From Halomonas salifodinae (lineage in GTDB: Bacteria; Pseudomonadota; Gammaproteobacteria; Pseudomonadales; Halomonadaceae): a stretch of DNA of 64,000 nt. A program made the translations under genes and the position numbers. The stretch is taken from assembly GCF_039522585.1 (NCBI RefSeq), contig NZ_BAAADR010000010.1; one strand, written 5' to 3'. This document shows positions 33,989 to 46,515 of this stretch, in pieces; the stretch's first letter is position 1; every line of letters starts with the position of its first letter. The notes below the pieces were generated by a model. It was given only the letters and a program-made list of their open reading frames with translations. It searched no databases and was not told the DNA's origin.

Positions 33989-35278
33989 ATGCAAGCCGCC
34001 CTGCCCCTGCCGTTGTCGACCCCCAACCGCAACCTGGTGCGCCTGACCTTCGTGCGCGGCATCACCTGGACCGGTTTCCTGGGCATGATCATCTTCGGCA
34101 TCGAGGTACTGGGCTTCGAGCTCAGCACCCTGCCGGTGGTGGCGGTAATCATCGCCATGGGGCTGATCAATATCGCCACCTGGTGGCGACTCAGCCGCCC
34201 CCGAGCGGTCACCGACACCGAATACCTCTGTCACCTGCTCGCCGATATCGCCGGCCTGACCCTGCTGTTCTATTTTACCGGCGGCTCCACCAACCCCTTT
34301 ATCACCTACTACCTGGTGCCGGTGACCATCGCCGCCGCCACCCTGCCCTGGCTCTATGCCTGGATCACCGCCAGTGGCGCCATGGCCGGCTACACCTTCC
34401 TGATGGTCTTCTACGAGCCGGTGCCCCAGCTCAGCCACGGCGTCCTCGGCCCGGGGGCCCTGATCGGCGACGTCAACCTGCATGTGCTGGGGATGTGGAT
34501 CAACTTCGGCCTCTCGGCGAGCCTGGTGACCTTCTTTATCTTCAAGATGGCCCACGCCCTGCGACGCCGGGACCAGACCCTGTCGCGCACCCGGGAGGCG
34601 GCGCTGCGCAACGAGCAGGTGCTGGCGGTGGCCACCCAGGCGGCGGGTACCGCCCACGAGCTGGGCACGCCGCTCTCGACCATGGCGGTCCTGCTCAAGG
34701 AGATGCGCCAGGACGCCACGGGCCACCCCCACCTGGAGGCGGATATCGACCTGCTGCGCCAGCAGGTCGATACCTGCAAGGCGCGCCTCCAGGCCCTGGT
34801 GGCCAACGCCGACCGGCGGCGCCTGGCGGAGCCGGAACTCGCCCCGGTCGAGGCCTGGCTGCGCGAGGTGATCCAGCGCTGGCTGGTGCTGCGCCCCGAT
34901 GTCAGCCACCGTTTCGAGGTCGCCGACAAGCGCGGCACCCCCAGCATGGCGGTGGATACGACCCTGGAGCAGGCGCTGCTCAACCTGCTCAACAATGCCG
35001 CCGATGCCAACCCCCATGACATCACCATCAGCCTCGACTGGAGCGGCGAGGAGGTGATCATCGATATCCGCGACCATGGCCCCGGCGTGGCCATGTCCAT
35101 CGCCGATCAACTGGGCGACACCTTCGTCTCCACCAAGTCCAAGGGCATGGGCATCGGCCTGTTCCTGACCCACTCCACCATCAACCGCTTCGGGGGCGGG
35201 GTCAGCCTGTATAATCACGAAGAGGGCGGCACCCTCACCGAGGTGAAGCTGCCCCGCCAGGCGCCCGGCGACGCCTGA
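33989..35278 (+). CDS. regB: Redox-responsive sensor histidine kinase of the RegB/PrrB/ActS type.
   Basis: Multiple N-terminal TM helices, H-box AHELGTPLS, and a HATPase_c domain (LLNNAADA). Confidence 0.75.
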   Translation: MQAALPLPLSTPNRNLVRLTFVRGITWTGFLGMIIFGIEVLGFELSTLPVVAVIIAMGLINIATWWRLSRPRAVTDTEYLCHLLADIAGLTLLFYFTGGSTNPFITYYLVPVTIAAATLPWLYAWITASGAMAGYTFLMVFYEPVPQLSHGVLGPGALIGDVNLHVLGMWINFGLSASLVTFFIFKMAHALRRRDQTLSRTREAALRNEQVLAVATQAAGTAHELGTPLSTMAVLLKEMRQDATGHPHLEADIDLLRQQVDTCKARLQALVANADRRRLAEPELAPVEAWLREVIQRWLVLRPDVSHRFEVADKRGTPSMAVDTTLEQALLNLLNNAADANPHDITISLDWSGEEVIIDIRDHGPGVAMSIADQLGDTFVSTKSKGMGIGLFLTHSTINRFGGGVSLYNHEEGGTLTEVKLPRQAPGDA

Positions 35279-35299
35279 CCCCGACGAGAAGAGGACCCC

Positions 35300-35839
35300 A
35301 TGAGCAAGAGCCCCGAACGACTGCTGATCATCGACGACGACGAGATGTTCTGCCATGTGATGGAGCGCGCCATGAGCCGCCGTGGCTATGAGGTGCTGGT
35401 GGCCCACGATGCCGAGGAGGCCCTGGCCAAGGCGCATCAGGCGCCACCGGCCCTGGCCACCCTGGACCTCAAGCTGGAGCACGACTCCGGCCTCAAGCTG
35501 TTGCCGGAGCTGCTGGAGGCGGTACCCGACTGCCGGGTGGTGGTGCTCACCGGCTACTCCAGCATCGCCACCGCCGTGGAGGCGATCAAGCTGGGCGCCG
35601 TCAACTACCTGTGCAAGCCCGCCGACGCCGACGAAATCCTCGCCGCCTTCGACAAGCAGGCCGGCGACCCGGGCGCCGAACTGGCCGATAACCCGCCCTC
35701 CATCAACCGGGTCACCTGGGAGCATATCCAGAAGGTGCTCCAGGAGCATGACGGCAATATCTCCGCCACCGCCCGGGCCCTGGGCATGCATCGCCGGACG
35801 CTGCAGCGCAAGTTGCAGAAGCGTCCCGTACGGCGATAA
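35300..35839 (+). CDS. regA: Response regulator of the RegA/PrrA/ActR type (REC plus Fis-type HTH).
   Basis: REC domain with phospho-acceptor Asp and a C-terminal Fis-like HTH. Confidence 0.85.
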   Translation: MSKSPERLLIIDDDEMFCHVMERAMSRRGYEVLVAHDAEEALAKAHQAPPALATLDLKLEHDSGLKLLPELLEAVPDCRVVVLTGYSSIATAVEAIKLGAVNYLCKPADADEILAAFDKQAGDPGAELADNPPSINRVTWEHIQKVLQEHDGNISATARALGMHRRTLQRKLQKRPVRR

Positions 35840-35900
35840 GGCGCCGCACCCTCGACATGGCAAGTGACGGAAGCGCCCGGTACGGCGATAAGGCGCCGGG

Positions 35901-36320
35901 CTACTCCGCCGACTTCGCCGGAGTCATCACCCGCGCCAGCAGATGCTGGGCCATCCGGTTGGCCTCGGCCAGGGAGCCCAGGTCGCGAAGGTCATCGAGG
36001 AGCTCGCAGCACCACAGCCCTTCCCCCTCGCCCAGGTCCACTGGCTCGAAGGGATAGCTGCCGCCGGGCAGGGTGACGCGGCGCGGCGGTGCCTCGGCAG
36101 CGAAGCCCCCCGGGGTCGGCGAGACCAGGGCCAGGGAGAGCGAGACGGGGGTCAGCAGGGCCCCGCAGAGCTCCCCCGCGAAGGGCTGGAAGCAGAGCAG
36201 GTCCACGGTGAGCTGCGGGTTGCGCCGGGGCGAGCGATAGATGTCGGTGGCGAAGCGGTGCTGATAGCGGCGCACCAGCTGCTGGAGGCGGGCATAGTCA
36301 TCGACGCTCAGGGCCTGCAT
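35901..36320 (-). CDS. Hypothetical protein, possibly HybE-like ([NiFe]-hydrogenase assembly chaperone family). Weak assignment.
   Basis: Recalled similarity of LTPVSLSLALVSP... and ...LPGGSYPFEPVDLGEGEGLWCCELL to HybE. No hydrogenase genes nearby. Confidence 0.3.
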   Translation of the reverse strand: MQALSVDDYARLQQLVRRYQHRFATDIYRSPRRNPQLTVDLLCFQPFAGELCGALLTPVSLSLALVSPTPGGFAAEAPPRRVTLPGGSYPFEPVDLGEGEGLWCCELLDDLRDLGSLAEANRMAQHLLARVMTPAKSAE

Positions 36321-36447
36321 GGCATCTCTCCTGCGGTGGGAGCGGCCAGTATAACGGCGCCCTCGAGTCCATCCCAGGGAGGAGCTGCGGAGGCTCGCCG
36401 CGCTCTGCTAGGCTTGGCAGGCCAGCCCGGTTACTCAAGGAGTCAGC

Positions 36448-37281
36448 ATGGACCTCTCCCAACGCCTCGCCCGCGCCCAGGCCCTGGCCGAAGAGGCCGG
36501 CGAGATGATTATCGCCGCCCGTCGCGATCACGGTTTCTCCACCCGCCTGAAGCACGGCCATGAGCTGGTCACCGACGTGGACCTCGCCGTGGACAAACGA
36601 ATTCGCGACGGCCTGGATCGGGACTTCCCCGATGAGGCCCGGCTGACCGAGGAGCTCACCCCGGATCACGAGGCCCTGGAGACCGACGGCCCGCTCTGGG
36701 TGGTGGACCCCATCGATGGCACCGTCAACTTCGCCCATGGCCTGGCCCATGTAGCGGTCTCCATCGCCTGGATGGAGCATGGCAAGGCGCGCCTGGGCGT
36801 GGTTCACGCGCCCTTCCTCGGCCAGACCTTCACCGCCATGCGGGGCCAGGGTGCCTACCTCAATGGCCAGCGCATCGAGGCGAGTCGCGCCGACACCCTG
36901 TCCCATAGCCTGGTGGCCACCGGCTTCCCCTATCGCCGCGATAGTCGCGCGCCCCTGCTCAGACGCCTGGCGGCGGTACTCGATCAATGCCGCGATGTGC
37001 GTCGCAACGGCTCCGCGGCCCTGGACCTGTGCGACGTGGCCTGCGGGCGCCTCGACGCCTACTACGAGAGCGTCTCGCCCTGGGACTTCGCCGCCGGCCT
37101 GCTGATCGCCCGCGAGGCCGGCGCCAGCGCGGGCCACCTCTATCCCTGCCCCAGCGGCCTCCACGAGGAGCTCTACGGCGAGAACCTGCTGGTCACCGCC
37201 CCGGGGATCCATGGCGCCCTGGGCGAGCTGCTGCGCCTGGCCGATGAAGACCGCTACCAGCCGGGCCGGGGCGACGACTAG
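36448..37281 (+). CDS. Inositol monophosphatase family protein (SuhB-like).
   Basis: IMPase motifs WVVDPIDGT and a C-terminal region. Confidence 0.85.
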   Translation: MDLSQRLARAQALAEEAGEMIIAARRDHGFSTRLKHGHELVTDVDLAVDKRIRDGLDRDFPDEARLTEELTPDHEALETDGPLWVVDPIDGTVNFAHGLAHVAVSIAWMEHGKARLGVVHAPFLGQTFTAMRGQGAYLNGQRIEASRADTLSHSLVATGFPYRRDSRAPLLRRLAAVLDQCRDVRRNGSAALDLCDVACGRLDAYYESVSPWDFAAGLLIAREAGASAGHLYPCPSGLHEELYGENLLVTAPGIHGALGELLRLADEDRYQPGRGDD

Positions 37282-37429
37282 CCGGCATGCCTCGGCAGGC
37301 CGCCCCATGGCAGCTGATAAGCCTGCCCAATAGCCGATGTAGCCAGGCCCTATTGGCCAAGCGCCGGGGGATCGGAGAGAATGGCGCCAGTTTTTTCGAC
37401 ACCCCGGTTTTTTTTCAAAGGAGAGAACT

Positions 37430-37705
37430 ATGTTCGTCGCCATCTTCGGTCGTCCCGGTTGCCCCTTCTGCGTGCGTGCCAAGGAGCTCGCCGAGCGCCT
37501 GAGCGAAGCCAAGGCCATCGAAGGCTTCCGCTACATCGATATTCACGAAGAGGGGATCACCAAGGCCGATATGGAGAAGACCATCGGCAAGCCGGTGGAG
37601 ACCGTGCCGCAGATCTTCGTCGGCCAGACCCATATCGGTGGCTTCACCGAGTTCGACCAGTATGTGCGCGTCCAGGCCCTGCTGCCGGAAGCCTCCGCCC
37701 AGTAA
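37430..37705 (+). CDS. grxA: Glutaredoxin 1.
   Basis: CPFC active site (GRPGCPFCVRAKELAE) and VPQIFVGQTHIGGFTEF. Confidence 0.9.
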   Translation: MFVAIFGRPGCPFCVRAKELAERLSEAKAIEGFRYIDIHEEGITKADMEKTIGKPVETVPQIFVGQTHIGGFTEFDQYVRVQALLPEASAQ

Positions 37706-37859
37706 GCGCCACTCCTCGCCACACCCACGGCCCCACCCGGGGCCGTTTTTCGTTGTCTTTCCCCGCCAACGCTGATCTGCATCAAGGCGCCCCCCTTACC
37801 CCCGACCCCGCCATGACCTAGAGTGGGATTCTCGACCACCATCTGAGGGAGTCAGCGTC

Positions 37860-38807
37860 ATGGAAGTTCAGTCCCGGCCCGGTGAGCGCCATCGCCGCCT
37901 GATCGACGATGCCCATGGCCTGCCGGCCCTGCGCACCGCCGTGGTTCATCCCTGCGACGAGGCCTCCCTCGGCGGCGCCCTGGCGGCCTGGCGCGAGGGG
38001 CTGATCGACCCCGTGCTGGTAGGCCCCCGGCGACGCATCACGGCCACCGCCGCGGCCATCGACTGGGACCTCGACGGCATCGAGCTGATCGACACCCCGC
38101 ATAGCCACGCCTCCGCCGAGCGCGCCGTGACCCTGGCCGCCGACGCCGAGGTGGAGGCGCTGATGAAGGGCGCCCTGCATACCGACGAGCTGATGTCGGC
38201 GGCGCTCTCCCGCCACGCCGGCCTGCGCACCGAGCGTGAGATGAGCCATGTCTATGCCCTGGACGTGCCCAGCTATGGCCTGCCGCTGCTGATCACCGAC
38301 GGCGCCCTGCATATCACCCCGGACCTGGTCGCCAAGCGCGATATCGTCCAGAACGCCATCGACCTGGCCCGGGCCATGGGCATCACTCGACCTCGGGTGG
38401 CCCTGCTCTCCGCGGTGGAGACGGTGCGTCCCAATATCCCCTCCACCCTGGAGGCCGCCGCCCTGTGCAAGATGAGCGAGCGGGGCCAGATCGAGGGCGG
38501 CCTCCTCGACGGCCCCCTGGCCATCGACAATGCGGTCTCCCTGGCCGCCGCCAGGAGCAAGCGGCTGCACTCCGAGGTGGCGGGCCAGGCCCATGTGCTG
38601 GTGGCGCCCGACCTGGAAGCCGCCAATATGATCGCCAAGCTGCTGATTCACCTGGCCGGCGCCCAGGCGGCGGGCCTGGTGATCGGCGCCCGGGTGCCGA
38701 TCATGCTGACCAGCCGCTCCGACGACTGCCAGTCGCGCCTGGCCTCGGCGGCCCTGGCCCTGCTGCTGGCCCGCTATTACGAGACGCGAAGCCATGACCC
38801 TGAGTGA
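37860..38807 (+). CDS. pta: Phosphate acetyltransferase (short PTA_PTB family).
   Basis: PTA_PTB domain signatures. Directly upstream of and overlapping ackA. Confidence 0.75.
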   Translation: MEVQSRPGERHRRLIDDAHGLPALRTAVVHPCDEASLGGALAAWREGLIDPVLVGPRRRITATAAAIDWDLDGIELIDTPHSHASAERAVTLAADAEVEALMKGALHTDELMSAALSRHAGLRTEREMSHVYALDVPSYGLPLLITDGALHITPDLVAKRDIVQNAIDLARAMGITRPRVALLSAVETVRPNIPSTLEAAALCKMSERGQIEGGLLDGPLAIDNAVSLAAARSKRLHSEVAGQAHVLVAPDLEAANMIAKLLIHLAGAQAAGLVIGARVPIMLTSRSDDCQSRLASAALALLLARYYETRSHDPE

Positions 38808-39975
38808 GTCGGGGCCCGGCCCCTGCGGTGCGCGCCTGATCCTGAACGGGGGCTCCTCGACCCTCAAGTTCGCCCTCTACCAGGGCGAAGCACGCCGCCT
38901 GCGCGGCACCCTGGAGCGCATCGGCGGCGCACCGCGGCTGCATCTCGGCGAGGCACCGGCGGGGCTGGTGCCCCCCGCCACCATCGAGGCCCCGGATACC
39001 CCCGCCGCGGCCGGGGCGCTGCTCGACTGGCTGGAATCCAGTGGCGAGCTGGCCCACCTCGAGGCGATCGTTCACCGTATCGTGCATGGCGGGCGCGACT
39101 TCGCCGCCCCGGTGGTGCTGGATCAGGCCACCCTGTCCCGCCTCGAGACCCTCTCGCCCCTGGCGCCGCTGCATCAGCCCCAGGCGCTGGCGGTGGTCCG
39201 CGCCTGCCGCGAGCGCCTGCCCGGGACGCACCAGATCGGCTGCTTCGACACCGCCTTCCACCGCCGCCAGCCGCGGCTCCATCAGCTCTTCGGCCTGCCC
39301 CGGGCACTCAGCGATGAGGGCATCCTGCGCTACGGTTTCCATGGCCTCTCCTATGCCTATATCGCCCGGCGCCTGAGGGCGCTGGAGGGCGATGAGGCCG
39401 GCGGTCGCGCCATCGTCGCGCACCTGGGCCAGGGCGCCAGCCTGTGTGCCATGCACCGGGGCGAGAGCCGGGCCACCACCATGGGCTTTACCGCCCTGGA
39501 CGGGCTGATGATGGGGCGCCGTTGCGGCGCCCTGGATCCGGGGGTACTGCTCTACCTGCAGCAGCAGCGCGGCTGGGATGCCGCCCGGATCGAGCGCCTC
39601 CTCTACCAGGAGAGCGGCCTGCTGGGCGTCTCCGGCCACTCCGACGATATGCGCGACCTCCTGGCCAGTCATGAGCCCGCCTGCCAGGAAGCGGTGGATC
39701 TCTTCGTGCACCGCATACTGCGTGAAATCGGCGCCCTGGTGGCGGTCCTCGGTGGCCTCGACACCCTGGTCTTCACCGCCGGTATCGGCGAGCATGCCGC
39801 GCCTGTTCGCCAACGGGTCTGCGACCAACTCGGCTGGCTCGGCGTCGAGCTGGACCCACGGCGCAACGCCGAGCAGGGCCCGCGCCTGGATCGCGGCCGG
39901 GGGCCACGGCTATGGGTACTGGCCACCGACGAGGAAGCGGAAATGAACCAGGCCGCCGCCCTGCTCAAGGCCTGA
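38794..39975 (+). CDS. ackA: Acetate (or propionate) kinase.
   Basis: N-terminal ILNGGSSTLKFALY and acetokinase signature regions. Confidence 0.85.
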   Translation: MTLSESGPGPCGARLILNGGSSTLKFALYQGEARRLRGTLERIGGAPRLHLGEAPAGLVPPATIEAPDTPAAAGALLDWLESSGELAHLEAIVHRIVHGGRDFAAPVVLDQATLSRLETLSPLAPLHQPQALAVVRACRERLPGTHQIGCFDTAFHRRQPRLHQLFGLPRALSDEGILRYGFHGLSYAYIARRLRALEGDEAGGRAIVAHLGQGASLCAMHRGESRATTMGFTALDGLMMGRRCGALDPGVLLYLQQQRGWDAARIERLLYQESGLLGVSGHSDDMRDLLASHEPACQEAVDLFVHRILREIGALVAVLGGLDTLVFTAGIGEHAAPVRQRVCDQLGWLGVELDPRRNAEQGPRLDRGRGPRLWVLATDEEAEMNQAAALLKA

Positions 39976-40059
39976 TGCCGCGTCCCTCTCTCGTTGAAAG
40001 CTCAAGGGCGCCGGGCGCCTATACTCGAGCCATACCACGGGGTGAGGAGCGGTCAGGCA

Positions 40060-40827
40060 ATGCAACGGGACGAATTTCTACAACAGCTGTGGCTCGACTA
40101 TGTGCACCAGCATCCCGAGATCGGTGCGCTACGCCTGTGGCCCCTGGAGCAGCCGCCGGAGTATCTGGCCCTGCTGACCCTCAATCACGGCAATCTCGCT
40201 GCCGGGGCCTTGCTGCCTACCCTGAGCCATTTCGGCTATCGCAGCTGCGAACGCTACGCCATGGCCGATCGAGGCCTGCTGGTCACCCTGCTGGCGCCAC
40301 CGGATGACGGCCCCTGGCTGGCCCTGGGCGAACTGCAGCTGGGCACCCTGACCCGGGAGCCTCGGGCCGAGCTTCAGGCCCTGATCACCCAGGCGCATCG
40401 AGAGGATTGCCGCGGGCAGAACCTGCTATGCCGTGGTCGTCCCTGGCCGATGCCTAGCTGGGCCACCTATCAACGCCTCCAGGCGGCCCATCCCATCGCC
40501 GCCTGGCTGTCGGTCATGGGGCCTCGTTTGCATCATGTCGGCTTCGACTGCGATCGCCTGGGCAGTCCCATCGATCGACTGAATGCCCAGCTGCAGCAGG
40601 CCGGCCTCCACGGCGATGCGGATCGCCACCACGGTATCTTCCCGGTCTCGCCGCTGCTCCAGTACCGCTTCTATGCCACCTGCTCCCAGCGCCTGCCCTT
40701 CGCCGAGGGCGACGAGCACCGCATCCCCCTGGGCGGCTTGGCCCTGGTACAGAAGTGCCTGGCCGGCGGTCAGGAGCGCGCCGCCGAGTTGCTGCTACCC
40801 AGTCATACTCGCTGCGAGCTGGCCTAA
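40060..40827 (+). CDS. Hypothetical protein, possibly DUF1338/VOC-like metalloenzyme. Weak.
   Basis: ORF with GAGGAG RBS. His-rich HHVGFDCD segment. Family assignment uncertain. Confidence 0.3.
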   Translation: MQRDEFLQQLWLDYVHQHPEIGALRLWPLEQPPEYLALLTLNHGNLAAGALLPTLSHFGYRSCERYAMADRGLLVTLLAPPDDGPWLALGELQLGTLTREPRAELQALITQAHREDCRGQNLLCRGRPWPMPSWATYQRLQAAHPIAAWLSVMGPRLHHVGFDCDRLGSPIDRLNAQLQQAGLHGDADRHHGIFPVSPLLQYRFYATCSQRLPFAEGDEHRIPLGGLALVQKCLAGGQERAAELLLPSHTRCELA

Positions 40828-40854
40828 GCCTGTCGCGAGCCGGCCTAGCCATTG

Positions 40855-40880
40855 GTTATGCACAGTTTCTGTGGATAACG
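40855..40880. promoter_or_regulatory. Inverted pair of DnaA-box-like 9-mers.
   Basis: TTATGCACAG-ttt-CTGTGGATAA. The second half is a perfect TGTGGATAA (TTATCCACA). Confidence 0.3.
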
Positions 40881-41053
40881 CTGTGCAAAGTGGCTGCATA
40901 GGGTGGGCCCGGCAAGAGCCTCAGGGGCGCAGTCACGACTTGGTCAGTTTTTCGTCATCAGGCGTTCAATAACCCGTGCTCCCCACGACAAACGCCCGGG
41001 CAGGCCCGGGCGCATAAAACGGCTCATCCTTTTCTCGGTCTTGAGCGGTCCCC

Positions 41054-41713
41054 TTAGTCGAAGGTCATCTCCGGCACCTCGTCCGGGACGATCAGGCGAC
41101 CGGCGGTCTTCTCGGCGATCTCCTCGACGCTGACCCCGGGGGCGCGCTCCTTGAGGATAAAGGCGCCATTCTCGATCTCCAGGTAGGCCAGATCGGTGAG
41201 CACCCGCTTGATGCAGCCGGCGCCGGTGAGCGGCAGGCTGCACTCCGACAGCAGCTTGGATTCGCCATGCTTGGAGGCATGGGTCATGGTGACGATGATG
41301 TTATCCGCCCCGGCCACCAGGTCCATGGCGCCGCCCATGCCCTTGATCAGCTTGCCGGGCACCATCCAGGAAGCGATATTGCCCTGCTGATCCACCTCGA
41401 AGGCGCCCAGCACGGTGAGATCCACGTGGCCGCCACGGATCATGGCGAAGGACTCCGCCGAGGAGAAGATCGCCGCCCCGGGACGGGCGGTGACCGTCTG
41501 CTTGCCGGCGTTGATCATGTCCGGATCCACTTCCTCTTCGGTGGGAAAGCGGCCCATGCCCAGCAGGCCATTCTCGGACTGCAGCATCACGTCCATGCCC
41601 TCGGGCACATAGTTGGCCACCAGGGTGGGAATGCCGATGCCGAGATTGACGTAGAAGCCGTCCTGGAGTTCGCGCGCCACGCGCTGCGCCATCTGTTCGC
41701 GGGTCAGTGCCAT
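41054..41713 (-). CDS. scoB: 3-oxoacid CoA-transferase subunit B.
   Basis: CoA-transferase family I beta-subunit motifs. Confidence 0.9.
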   Translation of the reverse strand: MALTREQMAQRVARELQDGFYVNLGIGIPTLVANYVPEGMDVMLQSENGLLGMGRFPTEEEVDPDMINAGKQTVTARPGAAIFSSAESFAMIRGGHVDLTVLGAFEVDQQGNIASWMVPGKLIKGMGGAMDLVAGADNIIVTMTHASKHGESKLLSECSLPLTGAGCIKRVLTDLAYLEIENGAFILKERAPGVSVEEIAEKTAGRLIVPDEVPEMTFD

Positions 41714-41798
41714 GCTGTGTTGCCTCTTGTCTTGGGGAGGAGCCCGGCGATGCCGGCCTCTCGGAGTCGCTGTCGTCGCGGTGCCTTGGGTCGCGGTC

Positions 41799-42497
41799 TC
41801 AGTCGCGCACGGTGCGCTTCTCGATGCGCTTCTCGAAGCTGCCCTGGATAATGCGATCCACATAGATGCCGGGGGTATGGATCTGGCTGGGATCCAGCTC
41901 GCCGGGCTCGACGATCTCCTCCACTTCCACCACGGTGATACGCCCGGCGGTGGCGGCCACCGGATTGAAGTTCTGGGCGGTATGGCGATAGACCACGTTA
42001 CCGTAGCGGTCGGCCTTCCAGCCCTTGACGATGGCGAAGTCGCCGGTGATGGCCTCCTCGAGGATATGCGGGCGGCCGTTGAACTCGCGCACCTCCTTGC
42101 CCTCGCCCACCGGGGTGCCGTAGCCGGTGGCGGTATAGAAGGCGGGGATGCCGGCGCCGCCGGCGCGCATCTTCTCGGCCAGGGTGCCCTGGGGTGTCAG
42201 CACCACCTCGATCTCGCCGTCGAGCATCTGGCGCTCGAAGAGGGCGTTCTCGCCCACGTAGGAGGCGAGGATCTTGCTGATCTGGCGATCCTCCAGCAGC
42301 ACGCCGAGGCCGAAGCCGTCCACGCCGCAGTTGTTGGAGACCACGGTGAGGTCGCGCACGCCGCGGCGCTTGATCTCGTCGATCAGGTTCTCGGGGATGC
42401 CGCACAGCCCGAAGCCCCCGGCGATCACGGTCATGCCACTCTCGATGCCGTCCATCGCCTCCTCAAAGGAGTAGACCCGCTTGTCGAATCCGGCCAT
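41799..42497 (-). CDS. scoA: 3-oxoacid CoA-transferase subunit A.
   Basis: Start [14 protein letters not shown]. Confidence 0.9.
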   Translation of the reverse strand: MAGFDKRVYSFEEAMDGIESGMTVIAGGFGLCGIPENLIDEIKRRGVRDLTVVSNNCGVDGFGLGVLLEDRQISKILASYVGENALFERQMLDGEIEVVLTPQGTLAEKMRAGGAGIPAFYTATGYGTPVGEGKEVREFNGRPHILEEAITGDFAIVKGWKADRYGNVVYRHTAQNFNPVAATAGRITVVEVEEIVEPGELDPSQIHTPGIYVDRIIQGSFEKRIEKRTVRD

Positions 42498-42539
42498 TGC
42501 TCTGCCTCGTCTTGTCGTCGGAGAAGTGGTTCCAGTGTT

Positions 42540-42618
42540 GCCCCGGACAATATATTTGTTAAGTTTGTTTTTTTTATGGATTAATTTAATGGACATATAA
42601 ATAGCGAGGCCGGATGCG
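42540..42618. promoter_or_regulatory. AT-rich divergent promoter region between scoA and a lysR-type regulator.
   Basis: Uniquely AT-rich stretch (tttgttaagtttgttttttttatggattaatttaatggacatataaata) in an otherwise ~68% GC context. Confidence 0.4.
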
Positions 42619-43509
42619 ATGACCGTCAAACAGCTGCGGGCCTTCCTGGCGGTGGCCCAGTCCCTGAGCTTTACCCAGGCCTGCGAGCGCCTGCACCTCT
42701 CCCAGCCGGCCCTGAGCCTGGCGATCAAGGGGCTGGAGGAGAGCCTCGGCGGCCCGCTTTTGACCCGCAGCACCCGCAGCGTGCGCCTGACCCCGGAGGG
42801 CGAATCCCTGGTGCCACTGGCCAAGCGGCTGCTGGCGGAGTGGGACAACACCGAGGAGCTGTTGCGCCAGCGCTTCACCCTGCAACTCGGCCGAGTGGCG
42901 GTGGCCGCCATGCCCGCCTTCGCCTGCAACCTGCTGCCCGCGGCGCTGATGGCCTTCCGCCGCCGCCACCCGCGTATCACGGTGACGGTGCACGACGTGA
43001 TCAACGAGCAGGTGATCGAGATGGTGCGCCGCGGCCAGGTGGAGCTGGGCATCGCCTTCGCCCCGGAGGCCGACCGGGGCCTGACCTTTACGCCGCTGTT
43101 CGAGGATCGCTTCGTGGCGGTGGTGCCCGCGGACTCGCCGCTGGCCGAGGCCGGCACCCTGCGCTGGGCCGACCTGCTGGCCTATGATCTGATCACCCTG
43201 CAGCGCCCCTCCATGGTGCGCCTGCTGCTGGAGTCGGAGCTGGCCGCCCAGGGCATCGAGCTGGCCGTGACCTTCGAGAGCCACCAACTGGTCACGGTGG
43301 GGCGCATGGTGGCCAGCGGCCTGGGGGTCAGCGCGGTGCCGGCCCTGTGCCGCCAGCAGATGCACGAGCTGGGCGCCCGCTGCCTGCCCCTGGAGGCGCC
43401 GGTCATCTCGCGCCCGGTGGGGGTGCTCTCCCCGGCCGGCCAGGAGCTCTCGGTGGCGGCCCAGGCGCTCCGGGAGATCCTCGCCGAGCCGCTACGGGGC
43501 ATGGCGTAA
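42619..43509 (+). CDS. LysR-family transcriptional regulator, divergent from scoAB.
   Basis: HTH and a LysR substrate-binding domain. Confidence 0.85.
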   Translation: MTVKQLRAFLAVAQSLSFTQACERLHLSQPALSLAIKGLEESLGGPLLTRSTRSVRLTPEGESLVPLAKRLLAEWDNTEELLRQRFTLQLGRVAVAAMPAFACNLLPAALMAFRRRHPRITVTVHDVINEQVIEMVRRGQVELGIAFAPEADRGLTFTPLFEDRFVAVVPADSPLAEAGTLRWADLLAYDLITLQRPSMVRLLLESELAAQGIELAVTFESHQLVTVGRMVASGLGVSAVPALCRQQMHELGARCLPLEAPVISRPVGVLSPAGQELSVAAQALREILAEPLRGMA

Positions 43510-43595
43510 GACGGTGACAGGGCGTGATAGCAGAGTGGGAGGCCAGGCCGCCCCTCCCTGCTAGGGTATAGGTAAAGCCCATAAGGGAGGCCGCC

Positions 43596-45548
<1,953 letters not shown>

Positions 45549-45642
45549 CCTCTCCTCCCGGCAGCGTGAGCGCCCGGGCTGGGCAGCCCGGGCGGCTTAC
45601 AGTAGCATTGGCACGGTTGTTTCAGCGCATCGAGGAGCGCGC

Positions 45643-46515
45643 ATGCCAATACTCAAGGGGAGCGTCAGCCTGTTCCTGCTGACCCTGACCACCCTGCTCT
45701 GGGGCCTTCCGCTGATGGTCCTGACCCTGGTCAAGGTGATCACCCCCGGTCACCGGCTGCGTCTCAGGGTGCTCCAGGGGCTGAATTTCATCGCCCTCAA
45801 CTGGATCGGTCTCAACCTCTGGTGGATGCGCCACTGGCTCAAGCCCCGGCTTCAGGCCGAGGTGCCCGAGGGACTGAGCCAGGACCAGCGCTGGCTGGTG
45901 CTCTCCAATCACCGCAGCTGGACCGATATCTTTATGCTGCAGCTGGTGCTGCATCGACGTATCCCCATGCCACGCTTCTTCCTCAAGCGCCAGCTGATCT
46001 GGGTGCCCATCGTCGGCCTGGCCTGGTGGGCCCTGGAGTTCCCCTTTATGCGTCGCCTCAATCGCGAGCAGCGCGAGCGCCATCCGCACCTGGCCCGGCG
46101 TGATCGCGAGGCCACCGAGCGCATGTGCGAGCGCGCCCGGGAGCTGCCCATCGCCATCTATAACTTCGTCGAGGGCACCCGCTTTACCCCCGCCAAGCAT
46201 GATGCCCAGCAGAGTCCCTATCGTCACCTGCTCAGGCCCCGGGCCGGTGGCACCGCCCAGGTGCTGGGCCTGCTCGGTGACCAGCTCAGTGGTATCCTCG
46301 ATGTGACGCTGGACTATGCCAGGCCCGATCCCACCTTCTGGGACTTCCTGTGTGGCCGCGAGGGCGAGATTCGGCTATATGCCCGGCGCCTCGAGGTACC
46401 CAGTTGGATGCCGGGGGGCGACTATCACGAGGATCCGGACTACAAGGAACGCTTCCACTCATGGCTCAACGCCCTTTGGCAAGACAAGGATCGGCGTCTC
46501 GACGACTGGCGCTGA
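45643..46515 (+). CDS. Lysophospholipid acyltransferase family protein (PlsC/YihG-like).
   Basis: Acyltransferase HxxxxD motif (SNHRSWTDIFML), N-terminal TM and a FVEGTRF motif. Confidence 0.7.
   Translation: MPILKGSVSLFLLTLTTLLWGLPLMVLTLVKVITPGHRLRLRVLQGLNFIALNWIGLNLWWMRHWLKPRLQAEVPEGLSQDQRWLVLSNHRSWTDIFMLQLVLHRRIPMPRFFLKRQLIWVPIVGLAWWALEFPFMRRLNREQRERHPHLARRDREATERMCERARELPIAIYNFVEGTRFTPAKHDAQQSPYRHLLRPRAGGTAQVLGLLGDQLSGILDVTLDYARPDPTFWDFLCGREGEIRLYARRLEVPSWMPGGDYHEDPDYKERFHSWLNALWQDKDRRLDDWR

Noticed and set aside
32326-35863. Two long minus-strand ORFs (630 aa and 634 aa).
   Set aside because: Antisense to the nfeD/SPFH and regB/regA genes, which have clear domain signatures. Shadow ORFs.
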